From a virus (lineage: Duplodnaviria; Heunggongvirae; Uroviricota; Caudoviricetes): a stretch of DNA of 24,759 nucleotides. Of the stretch, positions 7,507-15,680 are shown in pieces. The stretch's first letter is position 1. Every line of letters starts with the position of its first letter. The notes under the pieces were generated by a model that saw only the letters and a program-made list of their open reading frames with translations, was not told the DNA's origin and searched no databases. The stretch lies in the IMG/VR virus record IMGVR_UViG_2537561689_000015, one strand, 5' to 3'. Position numbers and translations under genes: made by a program.

Positions 7507-8452
7507 ACGCCCACTGGTTATAAACACGCAGCTGGCAATGAAAATTGGCTTAAACGAAGCCATTGTTTTGCAACAACTGCACTACTGGTTGAGAGATACC
7601 AACTCCGGCATGGAATGTGATGGTGTTCGCTGGGTTTATAACACAACGGAACAATGGCTGGAACAGTTCCCGTTCTGGTCAGAGTCAACGTTAAAGCGCG
7701 CGTTTGCAAGTCTGAAAACGCTGGGGCTTTTGCGTTGTGAAAAGCTCAATAAATCAAAGCGCGATATGACCAATTTCTACACGATCAACTACGGGAACGA
7801 GCTTTTAGATGGTGGCAAAGTGAGCGAATCCATCGGTTCAAAATGCGCCGCTCCATCAGGTCAAAATGACACGATGGAAGAGGCTAAAATGGCACGTTCC
7901 ATTGGTTCAAAACGACTCAATGTCATCGGGTCAAAATGGCCTGATGATCTTACAGAGAATACAACAGAGATTACTACAGAGAATAAAAACACTTCTCGTC
8001 CGGAAGCTTCGCAACCGGACCCGCAGACGGTTGAACGGGATTTTTTAACCCGACACCCTGACGCGGTTGTGTTCAGTGCAAAAAAACGCCAGTGGGGCAA
8101 CCAGGAAGATTTGGCGTGTGCGCAGTGGATCTGGGGGCGAATCGTGAGTCTTTACGAGCAGGCCGCCAGCGATGATGGCGAGATTTCGCGACCGAAAGAA
8201 CCCAACTGGACCGCATGGGCCAACGACGTGCGCACAATGCGGATGCTGGATGGCAGAACTCACAGACAAATTTGTGAAATGTTTGGTCGGGCGCAGCGGG
8301 ATCCATTCTGGGTAAAAAATATCATGAGTCCGTCAAAGCTTCGCGGAAAATGGGATGAACTGGTTATCCGCCTGGGGCGTTCGTCTGTACAGCGTTGTGT
8401 GAATCATATTTCTGAGCCGGATACCGAAATTCCGCCGGGGTTCAGGGGGTAA
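7487..8452 (+). CDS. Replication initiation protein (lambda O-like, origin-binding)
   Basis: Start taken at the ATG at 7487 (track 7433, same frame). N-terminal DNA-binding-like region. Iteron repeats lie inside the gene and encode a repeated IGSK peptide. Followed by a DnaC-like loader gene. Confidence 0.8.
   Translation: MSLLFAERPLVINTQLAMKIGLNEAIVLQQLHYWLRDTNSGMECDGVRWVYNTTEQWLEQFPFWSESTLKRAFASLKTLGLLRCEKLNKSKRDMTNFYTINYGNELLDGGKVSESIGSKCAAPSGQNDTMEEAKMARSIGSKRLNVIGSKWPDDLTENTTEITTENKNTSRPEASQPDPQTVERDFLTRHPDAVVFSAKKRQWGNQEDLACAQWIWGRIVSLYEQAASDDGEISRPKEPNWTAWANDVRTMRMLDGRTHRQICEMFGRAQRDPFWVKNIMSPSKLRGKWDELVIRLGRSSVQRCVNHISEPDTEIPPGFRG
7829..7938. repeat. Replication-origin iterons inside the O-like gene
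   Basis: Four copies of about 17 bp, TCCATCGGTTCAAAATG-like, at 7829, 7852, 7898 and 7923. Spacing is in multiples of about 23 bp, with a degenerate copy near 7875. Followed by an A-rich stretch at about 7945-7995. Confidence 0.6.
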
Positions 8453-8457
8453 CGGCC

Positions 8458-9204
8458 ATGAAAAATATCGCGGCAGGTGGTGTTCTTGAGCGTATCCGTA
8501 AGCTGACCCCGCAGCATGTAATCGCGCCGTACCGGACAGTGGATGAGTGGCGCGAGTGGCAACTGGCTGAAGGGCGAAAACGTAGCGAGGAGATCAACCG
8601 CCAGAATCGCCAGTTGCGGGTGGAAAAAATCCTGAATCGTTCGGGCATCCAGCCTCTGCACAGCAAATGCTCGTTTGCGAATTATCAGGTGCAGAACGAC
8701 GGGCAAAAACATGCGCTGAGCCAGGCAAAATCCATCGCTGACGAACTGATGACCGGGTGCACGAATTTTGTGTTCAGCGGTAAGCCGGGTACCGGAAAGA
8801 ACCACCTTGCAGCCGCCATTGGCAATCATCTTCTGGCGAAAGGTCGCAGCGTGATTGTGATAACGGTGGCTGATGTGATGCTGGCGTTACACAACAGCTA
8901 CGACAACAAAAACTCAGGCGAAAAATTTTTACAGGGGTTGTGTGATGTTGACCTGCTTGTCCTGGATGAAATCGGAATGCAGCGGGATACGCGCAACGAG
9001 CAGGTCACACTGAACCAGATAGTCGACCGCAGAACGGCTTCGATGCGTAGTGTCGGAATGCTGACGAACCTGAACCACGTAGCGATGAGTACGCTTCTTG
9101 GCGAGCGTGTGATGGACCGCATGGTCATGAACGGTGGTCGCTGGGTGAATTTTAACTGGGAGAGCTGGCGTTCGAATGTCAGACACCTGAGGGTTGTGAA
9201 GTAA
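8458..9204 (+). CDS. DnaC-like / IstB-like AAA+ helicase loader (replication protein)
   Basis: Walker A motif GKPGTGKNHLAAAIG and Walker B-like LLVLDEIG. Lies immediately downstream of the O-like gene. Preceded by AGGGGG. Confidence 0.9.
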   Translation: MKNIAAGGVLERIRKLTPQHVIAPYRTVDEWREWQLAEGRKRSEEINRQNRQLRVEKILNRSGIQPLHSKCSFANYQVQNDGQKHALSQAKSIADELMTGCTNFVFSGKPGTGKNHLAAAIGNHLLAKGRSVIVITVADVMLALHNSYDNKNSGEKFLQGLCDVDLLVLDEIGMQRDTRNEQVTLNQIVDRRTASMRSVGMLTNLNHVAMSTLLGERVMDRMVMNGGRWVNFNWESWRSNVRHLRVVK

Positions 9205-9225
9205 TTTTGTCCGGAGGAAATTTTA

Positions 9226-9987
9226 ATGGAAACCGTTTTTGACGCACTGAAAGCAATGGGAAAAGCCACATCGGTAGAACTGGCCGCGCGACTTGATATC
9301 AGTCGTGAAGAGGTTCTCAACGAGCTGTGGGAACTCAAAAGAAATGGCGTCGTTGATAAAACTGGTCACACCTGGTTTCTGGCTGGCGAAGGTGAATCCC
9401 TGGTAACCGAAGAGCGGCCAGTAAAATCTGAAGCACAGGATATGCTGACCGGGGAGGTCGAACAAAAAGTTACAGCAGACATGATGATTGAGTTTATCGG
9501 TCAGGATGGGGCTAAAACGTGTGAAGAACTGGCGGGTAAGTTCGGCATCAGTACTCGCAAGGTTGCTTCCACGCTGGCGGTGGTAACTGCAACGGGGCGA
9601 CTGGCACGCGTTAATCAGAGCGGTAAATTTCGTTACTGCATGCCGGGCGGTAATTTACCAGCAGAGCCGAAAGCAGCATCGGTAACGGAAAATGATGGTA
9701 AGGCCTTTCCTCAGCCAGCAGGTGTTGCGTTACCAGTCCGGGAAGCCGCAACACAGGAAGAAATTAAAACAGAAACTGTAGCGGGCATTGTGCAGTCGCT
9801 GCCATCGTTTACTGAAACGCGAGCGGATGACCTGATTTTACCATCGCTGCATATGGCAAACCTCGAACTGCGTCGGGCGAAAAGTCATGTCCAGAAGTGG
9901 GAACGAGTCTGCGCCGCGCTGCGGGAGCTGAACAAGCACCGGGATATTCTTCGTGATATTACCGCGACCGGAGAGCTGCAGCGGTGA
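9226..9987 (+). CDS. Hypothetical protein with two winged-helix-like segments
   Basis: 253 aa, preceded by GGAGGA. Two HTH-like segments (around residues 15-45 and 100-130). Function unknown. Confidence 0.7.
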   Translation: METVFDALKAMGKATSVELAARLDISREEVLNELWELKRNGVVDKTGHTWFLAGEGESLVTEERPVKSEAQDMLTGEVEQKVTADMMIEFIGQDGAKTCEELAGKFGISTRKVASTLAVVTATGRLARVNQSGKFRYCMPGGNLPAEPKAASVTENDGKAFPQPAGVALPVREAATQEEIKTETVAGIVQSLPSFTETRADDLILPSLHMANLELRRAKSHVQKWERVCAALRELNKHRDILRDITATGELQR

Positions 9988-10301
9988 GTGGCTGGAAGAA
10001 GTGGTACGAGGCTGAAATCATGATACTCCGGCAGTGTGCGGGAACGATGACGGTCGAAAGCATTGGGAGGCTGACCGGTCGTACAGGTGATGCTGTCAGA
10101 ACGAAAGCGCGGGAACTGGGTGTCAGCCTGATGTTACGGGGTGATTATCACCAGTCAACAAAATATCCGCAGAGTGATATTGAACTGGCGCGACAGCTGC
10201 ATCAGCGTGGCGTACCCAGGAGAGAAATCGCCAGAAAATTTGGAATGCCGTTGCGCACAGTGAATAACTACGTTTATTTCGACAGGAGAGTTCAGGAGTG
10301 A
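9984..10301 (+). CDS. Hypothetical protein with C-terminal HTH-like region
   Basis: Track ORF starting at a GTG that overlaps the upstream stop; an alternative ATG lies at 10020. HTH-like stretch [19 protein letters not shown]. Start uncertain. Confidence 0.55.
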   Translation: MSGWKKWYEAEIMILRQCAGTMTVESIGRLTGRTGDAVRTKARELGVSLMLRGDYHQSTKYPQSDIELARQLHQRGVPRREIARKFGMPLRTVNNYVYFDRRVQE

Positions 10302-10648
10302 GGGTGAGAGTTTATATTGCCGGTCCAATGACCGGGTATAAAAATTTCAACCGTGAGGCGTTCCACAAGGCGGAAGAGGAACTGAAACGGGAAGGGCATA
10401 CAGTCTTGAACCCGGCAGTACTTCCGGACGGGCTGACACAGCAGCACTACATGGATATCTGCATGGCAATGATACGTAGCGTGGATGCGATTTATATGCT
10501 GAAAGACTGGCAACGGTCAGCAGGCGCTAAAGCGGAACTGGCTCTGGCGGAGAAGCTAGGGCATGTGGTTGTTTTTCAGAGGGGGGCGATATGCCGATTC
10601 TCTGGTTTCAGGAGGTGTGGGAAAAAGAAATGTGGGAAGGTCTTGTGA
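10298..10648 (+). CDS. DUF4406-like protein (nucleoside 2-deoxyribosyltransferase-like fold family)
   Basis: GTG start preceded by AGGAGA. N-terminal motif VYIAGPMTG...NF is typical of this family. The C-terminal 30 aa are atypical and overlap a small hydrophobic ORF. Confidence 0.6.
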   Translation: MRVRVYIAGPMTGYKNFNREAFHKAEEELKREGHTVLNPAVLPDGLTQQHYMDICMAMIRSVDAIYMLKDWQRSAGAKAELALAEKLGHVVVFQRGAICRFSGFRRCGKKKCGKVL

Positions 10649-10716
10649 TTGTGGCCGAAACAGTTCTTTTATTATGGTCTGTGATTGCGTGTATTTTTAT
10701 GATTTATTGTGAATGA
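10591..10716 (+). CDS. Possible small hydrophobic peptide (41 aa)
   Basis: ATG preceded by GAGGGGGGCG. Hand translation MPILWFQEVWEKEMWEGLVIVAETVLLLWSVIACIFMIYCE contains a single predicted transmembrane helix. Overlaps the 3' end of the DUF4406-like ORF in another frame. Confidence 0.3.
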   Translation: MPILWFQEVWEKEMWEGLVIVAETVLLLWSVIACIFMIYCE

Positions 10717-10819
10717 TGTGAATCTCGCGGTGGCCACTGAATTGCAACCATTACCCCCTGTGATGTAATTGTGGGGTAATGGTTGCGCAGGCATAGCGAC
10801 AGGACTGGATGAGAAAAAT

Positions 10820-11242
10820 ATGACGAAATTTACCAGAGAGCAATTGATTGCTCATGCTAATGAAAGTGTGAAATCCATGAAATTTGCTGCGCGACAGACC
10901 GTGTTTAAGACTTCAAGAGTTGCCATTGAAATGGATCTTGCGCTTGCCCGTATTGCGCTTGCCTCACTTGAAGCAATGCCAGTTGCATGGTCCTGTGCTC
11001 ACAATATGGTTTTGTTCAATGCTGAATCTGTTGCGGCATACGCAAAACACTCAGCCATTGCGCCAAAACCCCTGTACGCTGCGCAACCGGCATCACTTTC
11101 ACATGAGGAAGAGTTGGTAATGCTGGTTAAACAATTGGTAAGTCAGTTGAAAAAAGCGAAACCAGATTGCAAATTACCGGATATGGCGATGGGGTATCTG
11201 GAGCGGAATGGGCTGATAAGCGCGGAGGATGTTTTACGATGA
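10820..11242 (+). CDS. Hypothetical protein (140 aa)
   Basis: Start taken at the first ATG (track starts at a TTG at 10769). No recognisable motif. Its stop overlaps the ATG of a 27-codon hydrophobic ORF. Confidence 0.55.
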   Translation: MTKFTREQLIAHANESVKSMKFAARQTVFKTSRVAIEMDLALARIALASLEAMPVAWSCAHNMVLFNAESVAAYAKHSAIAPKPLYAAQPASLSHEEELVMLVKQLVSQLKKAKPDCKLPDMAMGYLERNGLISAEDVLR

Positions 11243-11322
11243 CCTGGCCGGAGGCATTCACAACGAAAGGAATTGCAATGGCGGCAGCACTTGTTGTGTA
11301 TTCGATTTGCAGCTGGGGATAA
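11239..11322 (+). CDS. Possible small hydrophobic peptide (27 aa)
   Basis: ATG overlaps the upstream stop as ATGA and is preceded by GGAGGA. Hand translation MTWPEAFTTKGIAMAAALVVYSICSWG. Confidence 0.25.
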   Translation: MTWPEAFTTKGIAMAAALVVYSICSWG

Positions 11323-11533
11323 AAACGGTTTGCGGGGAAATCTTAGTTAAGTAGAATGACTGTGGGTGCTTGAGGCTATCTGTCTCAGGCATGAACACCA
11401 AAAGGCAGATAGAGAAAAGCCCCAGTTAACATTACGCGTCCTGCAAGACGCTTAACATTAATCTGAGGCTCAATCCATGCTGAACACATGTAGGTTAGCC
11501 TCTTACGTGCCGAAAGGCAAGGAGAAGCAGGCT

Positions 11534-11689
11534 ATGAAGCAGCAAAAGGCGATGTTAATCGCCCTTATCGTCATCTGTTTAACCGTCATAGTGACGGCAC
11601 TGGTAACGAGGAAAGACCTCTGCGAGGTACGAATCCGAACCGGCCAGACGGAGGTCGCTGTCTTCACAGCTTACGAACCTGAGGAGTAA
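11534..11689 (+). CDS. hok: Hok/Gef-family type I toxin (small membrane toxin)
   Basis: 51-aa product MKQQKAMLIALIVICLTVIVTALVTRKDLCEVRIRTGQTEVAVFTAYEPEE, which I recognise as Hok-family (closest in my memory to HokD/RelF). Strong AAGGAGAAG Shine-Dalgarno. An in-frame upstream extension from 11477 may be a Mok-like leader reading frame. Structured leader and a terminal hairpin as in hok mRNAs. Confidence 0.85.
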   Translation: MKQQKAMLIALIVICLTVIVTALVTRKDLCEVRIRTGQTEVAVFTAYEPEE

Positions 11690-11757
11690 GAGACCCAGCG
11701 GGGGAGAAATCCCTCGCCGCCTCTGATGTGTCAGGCATCCTCAACGCACCCGCACTT

Positions 11758-11778
11758 AACCCGCTTCGGCGGGTTTTT
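11758..11778 (+). terminator. Rho-independent terminator after hok
   Basis: AACCCGCTTCGGCGGGTTTTT: a GC-rich stem with a TTCG loop and a T-run. Confidence 0.6.
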
Positions 11779-11904
11779 CGTCGCATTATGAGGTTGTAAT
11801 TTTAGCTACCATGAGACTATCCTAAGGATCTCAAACAGATCTATTTTGTATCAAATTTGGTGCATGGCTTTGCCAATAATCGGAAAACAAAAGGACTCAT
11901 TAGT

Positions 11905-12084
11905 ATGAGCTGCCCACTCAAAAAACACACGCGGTTGAGTATTCCGCCTCGCGATAAAAGCGTTGTGGCAGTCCCTCGCCCAGTGATTGATGAAAACTGC
12001 GCACATCGTGAACAAGTGAAAAATGCTTTTGATTTCGGTTTTTCTCGTTATGAGAAAGCCATGGAAGAACTTTCAAAAGTGTAA
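11905..12084 (+). CDS. Putative antitoxin partner of the Doc-family toxin (59 aa)
   Basis: Start taken at the ATG at 11905, preceded by AAGGA (track 11857). Immediately upstream of the Doc-like gene, the usual antitoxin position. Not Phd-like by eye. Inverted repeat GATCTCAAACAGATC lies in the upstream region. Confidence 0.5.
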   Translation: MSCPLKKHTRLSIPPRDKSVVAVPRPVIDENCAHREQVKNAFDFGFSRYEKAMEELSKV

Positions 12085-12102
12085 TGATGGGTATTGTACT
12101 CT

Positions 12103-12588
12103 ATGGCTGAGATTGTTGAAGGAGTGCATTACCTTACGGTTGATGATCTTGTTGAAATCAATCATTCCCTAATTGAATTACAGACGCCAGATGAGCCCGT
12201 TGGTGTTCTGAGTCCAGATAACTTAAGTTCTTCTCAGGCCCGTCCCAGCATGGTTCGATGGTATGAACAGACTAATGACATGTTTGTACTGGCATCGGTA
12301 TTGATTGAAAGTCTGATTCAGAATCATCCGTTTGCTAATGCGAACAAACGAACAGCTATGATGGCTGGTTACGTCTTCTTGTTGTTGAATGGCTATGAGT
12401 TAACAGCACCAGGCGATGAAATCGTGGAAATGGCAGAGGGACTGGCCTGCAAAACCTATACTCGAGAAGATCTCGAGAACTGGTTGTGTTATTGGTCTCG
12501 CGCGTATGACAGCCGGGAATTATGTAAAACAAGCGCAACTATTGTTTTGTATGAAACTATCAAGCTTAAAATAGAACAGCAAAACTAA
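12103..12588 (+). CDS. Doc/Fic-family toxin (Doc-type kinase motif)
   Basis: Motif HPFANANKRTAMMAG fits the Doc-type signature HxFx(D/N)(A/G)NKR. Start taken at the ATG at 12103 (track starts at a TTG at 12094). AT-rich gene. Confidence 0.8.
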   Translation: MAEIVEGVHYLTVDDLVEINHSLIELQTPDEPVGVLSPDNLSSSQARPSMVRWYEQTNDMFVLASVLIESLIQNHPFANANKRTAMMAGYVFLLLNGYELTAPGDEIVEMAEGLACKTYTREDLENWLCYWSRAYDSRELCKTSATIVLYETIKLKIEQQN

Positions 12589-12604
12589 AGGTGCTTCCAA
12601 TGAA

Positions 12605-12627
12605 AACCCGCTTCGGCGGGTTTTTTA
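12605..12627 (+). terminator. Rho-independent terminator after the Doc-family gene
   Basis: AACCCGCTTCGGCGGGTTTTTT: the same hairpin sequence as the terminator after hok. Confidence 0.6.
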
Positions 12628-12785
12628 TTTTAATGGACTAAATTTTAGCCAATTCTTCTATTTAACCGACCAGGGTTTGTTGATTAGCTGGTATGCCTGA
12701 CTAGAATCGATGCACTTAAGTAGCGCGCAGGGAGAAGAGGGATGGACCCCAAACAGGGGAGTGCTATTTATCTGGAAGGATTCTG

Positions 12786-13049
12786 TTGATGAAAATCAGA
12801 GAATTACGTGAAATTTTTAGTGAAGATGGCCTCTATACTGTGCGCGTTGAGAATGGCGCAATTGTCAGCCACTGCCGTATTAAATGTTTACAGTCTCAAC
12901 AAAGGAAGAGTGGAGCTGCGTTAATTCATTTGGTGGATGGGCTTGTGACGGATGGTTTTATTTTGCGTGCAAATGAATTTGTCACATCGTTGCCGTCTCT
13001 GAAAGAAGCTGGGATTAAGGCTGGTTTTTCTGCTTTTGAAGATGAGTGA
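12786..13049 (+). CDS. Hypothetical protein (87 aa)
   Basis: ATG preceded by GGAAGGA. No recognisable motif. Confidence 0.5.
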   Translation: MMKIRELREIFSEDGLYTVRVENGAIVSHCRIKCLQSQQRKSGAALIHLVDGLVTDGFILRANEFVTSLPSLKEAGIKAGFSAFEDE

Positions 13050-13115
13050 ATTCATCTACAATTCAGCGCAGGGCTGAACCCCTGTTGAGTAACACTGTGC
13101 CACCGGAGAAAGCCG

Positions 13116-13394
13116 ATGGCGCAAAATTCCAGACTACACAATTCTGATAATTCAGCCGCCTTTGCCAGCAGGCACGGGCGGCGCTCTCATGCATTCAAAT
13201 ATGACTGGTATCAGCACGATCCCTGCACCGAAGAACAGGCTGAATGGCTGATTCAGCGCTACCGCAGACACGGATACGAGATTAAGAAAGCCCTCAGCCT
13301 CGATTATCGTCTCTGGATAATCTACGTCAGACTCCCTTATTCCGAACGCCCACCGCGTCCGTCCCGCACATTCCAGCAACGCATCTGGAGGTAA
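13116..13394 (+). CDS. Hypothetical basic protein (92 aa)
   Basis: ATG preceded by GGAGAAAG. Its stop lies 1 nt before the GTG start of the DUF968-like gene, suggesting coupling. Confidence 0.45.
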   Translation: MAQNSRLHNSDNSAAFASRHGRRSHAFKYDWYQHDPCTEEQAEWLIQRYRRHGYEIKKALSLDYRLWIIYVRLPYSERPPRPSRTFQQRIWR

Positions 13395-13395
13395 C

Positions 13396-14451
13396 GTGCG
13401 GGTATTACTTCGACCTGTTCCGGTACCGGAACTTGGGCTGGTGGTGCTAAAACCGGGCCGTGAATCCATGCAGGTATTTCATAACCCTCGAGTTCTGGTG
13501 GAGCCGGAACCGAAAAGCATGCGCGGTCTGCCGTCCGGAGTCGTTCCTGCCGTTCGCCAGCCATTGGCGGAGGATAAATCACTACTGCCATTTTTCAGCG
13601 ATGAGCGGGTGATTCGTGCTGCTGGTGGTGCTGGTGCACTGTCTGACTGGCTGTTACGCCACATTAAATCCTGCCAGTGGCCTCATGGTGACTACCATCA
13701 CAGCGAAACCGTCATACATCGTTACGGTACCGGTGCAATGGTGTTGTGTTGGCACTGCGACAACCAGCTGCGTGACCAGACTTCCGAATCACTCGGGCAG
13801 CTTGCTCACCAAAATTTGTCAGCATGGATGATTGACGTCATACGCCATGCAATGAATGGCACGCAGGAGCGGGAATTATCGCTGGCTGAATTATCCTGGT
13901 GGGCAACCATAAATAACGTAGCGGACGCACTACCGGAGACGGTATTACGTCGTTCTCTGGGGTTACGTGCGGAAAAAATCCGCTCGGTGTACCGCGAAAG
14001 CGACATCATACCGGGAGAGCAGACAGCCACCAGCATCCTGAAACAGCGCACAAAAAATCTTGCGCCGCTGCCTCACGCCCACCAGCAAAACCCGCCACAG
14101 GAAAAGACGGTGGTCAGCATTGCCGTTGATCCGGAGCCACCGGCTCAGTATCTCCAGCGCCAGAAACCACAACGGGAAGATATGCCTGTATACACGCGTT
14201 GGGTAAAAACGCAGAAATGCATGACGTGTGGCAATCAGGCAGATGATCCGCATCACATCATTGGTCATGGACTGGGAGGGATGGGAACAAAGGCTGATGA
14301 TTTGTTTGTTATTCCGCTGTGCCGTAAATGCCATAGCGAACTACACGCCGGGGTAAAAGATTTTGAAGAAAAACACGGCAGCCAGCTGTTGTTGCTGATT
14401 CGTTTTTTAATGCACGCGAGAAATTCGGGTGTCCTGAAGTGGAAAGCATGA
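13396..14451 (+). CDS. DUF968-family prophage protein with C-terminal Cys/His-rich (HNH-like) region
   Basis: GTG start preceded by TGGAGGT. C-terminus carries CMTCGN...HHIIGH...CRKCHSELH, a zinc-finger or HNH-like cluster. Position upstream of rusA and Q matches the nin-region DUF968 genes of lambdoid prophages. Confidence 0.75.
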   Translation: MRVLLRPVPVPELGLVVLKPGRESMQVFHNPRVLVEPEPKSMRGLPSGVVPAVRQPLAEDKSLLPFFSDERVIRAAGGAGALSDWLLRHIKSCQWPHGDYHHSETVIHRYGTGAMVLCWHCDNQLRDQTSESLGQLAHQNLSAWMIDVIRHAMNGTQERELSLAELSWWATINNVADALPETVLRRSLGLRAEKIRSVYRESDIIPGEQTATSILKQRTKNLAPLPHAHQQNPPQEKTVVSIAVDPEPPAQYLQRQKPQREDMPVYTRWVKTQKCMTCGNQADDPHHIIGHGLGGMGTKADDLFVIPLCRKCHSELHAGVKDFEEKHGSQLLLLIRFLMHARNSGVLKWKA

Positions 14452-14817
14452 ATGACTGAACGCATAGAATTTGTTTTGCCTTACCCGCCAACGGTGAACA
14501 CTTACTGGCGACGTCGTGGCAGCACATATTTTGTATCAAAAGCCGGTGAGCGTTATCGCCGTGATGTGGCGCTTATTGTTCGCCAGCAGCGGCTGAAATT
14601 AAACCTGTCCGGAAGGCTGGTGATAAAGATTATTGCAGAGCCACCGGATAAACGTCGTCGTGACCTGGACAATATCCTGAAAGCACCACTGGATGCGCTG
14701 ACGCATGCCGGACTTCTCATAGACGACGAGCAGTTTGATGAAATCAATATTGTGCGCGGTCAGCGCGTTCCTGGGGGGCGGCTGGGCGTGAAGATTTACA
14801 AAATTGAGAGTGAGTGA
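14452..14817 (+). CDS. rusA: RusA-type Holliday junction resolvase
   Basis: 121 aa. Start overlaps the upstream stop (ATGAATG). Sequence LPYPPTVNTYW...RRRDLDNILKAPLDAL is characteristic of the RusA family, and it sits in the nin-region position before Q. Confidence 0.9.
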   Translation: MTERIEFVLPYPPTVNTYWRRRGSTYFVSKAGERYRRDVALIVRQQRLKLNLSGRLVIKIIAEPPDKRRRDLDNILKAPLDALTHAGLLIDDEQFDEINIVRGQRVPGGRLGVKIYKIESE

Positions 14818-14825
14818 TCGTAAAT

Positions 14826-15368
14826 ATGATATACCCGGAAATTACAGGCAAAAGCGGCGAGCATTTACGTCTAAAAACGCTGGAAGCCGTCTGGATCCAG
14901 GGGAAATTACGGATGTGGGGGCGTTGGTCGTATATAGGTGGTGGCAAACCAGGAAATATGTTCAATCAGTTGCTGGCATCCAAAAAACTGACAAAAACCG
15001 CAATCAATGAAGCCCTGCGTAGAATCAGGGAGTCAGGGATTGATAAACCAGAGCTGGAAGCATTCTTGCGAGAGATGATCGCTGGCAGACAGAAGAGCTG
15101 GTTGTCTCACTGTACTGATGCAGAGGCGTTACGCATTGATGGGGTGATAAGTAAAGCGCTTGCACGTTATCCTGGATTGATTGATATCCTGCGGCAAAGG
15201 TACGAAGGGCGGGGGATGAGTAAACGCAAAATGGCTGAATTGTTGAATGAGGTTCACCCTGAGTGGTGCTATGCAACATGCCGCAATCGTATAGATATGT
15301 GGCTGAGAATAGCTGAGTTTATTCTGTATCCACTGATGCGAGATGCATTTTCTTTTACTGACGCTTAG
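14826..15368 (+). CDS. Late-gene antiterminator Q-like protein
   Basis: Start taken at the ATG at 14826 (track starts at a GTG at 14814 overlapping the rusA stop). Position directly upstream of a late promoter and terminator region and the lysis genes. Contains an MWGRW segment reminiscent of Q-family proteins. Assignment mainly by context. Confidence 0.7.
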   Translation: MIYPEITGKSGEHLRLKTLEAVWIQGKLRMWGRWSYIGGGKPGNMFNQLLASKKLTKTAINEALRRIRESGIDKPELEAFLREMIAGRQKSWLSHCTDAEALRIDGVISKALARYPGLIDILRQRYEGRGMSKRKMAELLNEVHPEWCYATCRNRIDMWLRIAEFILYPLMRDAFSFTDA

Positions 15369-15533
15369 AATCTGGAGGGCGTTTGTTGTTGCACGAAGAG
15401 GATTTTTGGCTGGTAGTAAGGTTTGTGCAGTTTTAGAAAAAAAGCTTGTATTTTTAGCCATAAACTGTTTCAATCCAGCTACGCTTCGCAAAGCTGTACC
15501 GCGAGGCGAATAGCAGACATGGACACCTGAAAG

Positions 15534-15557
15534 AACCCGCTTTATGCGGGTTTTTTT
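15534..15557 (+). terminator. Rho-independent terminator, tR'-like, downstream of the Q gene
   Basis: AACCCGCTTTATGCGGGTTTTTTT, about 165 bp after the Q stop, the classic place for the short late leader transcript ended at tR' in lambdoid phages. The pR' and qut site should lie within 15369-15530 but I could not place the hexamers confidently. Confidence 0.6.
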
Positions 15558-15680
15558 ATGCCTGAAAAACGGCACAGAACATTAAACGCGCTGGTAGTTG
15601 TGAATACTGGTCTTTCAGCTTGCTGGCTTTTTCGACAAGAGGTATTGGTATGTCACGTTAACCAGAAAAGGGAAAAAGGC

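Noticed and set aside
8898-9338. 146-aa minus-strand ORF
   Set aside because: Antisense to the DnaC-like gene, which has clear Walker motifs. Ser/Arg-rich composition typical of a spurious frame.
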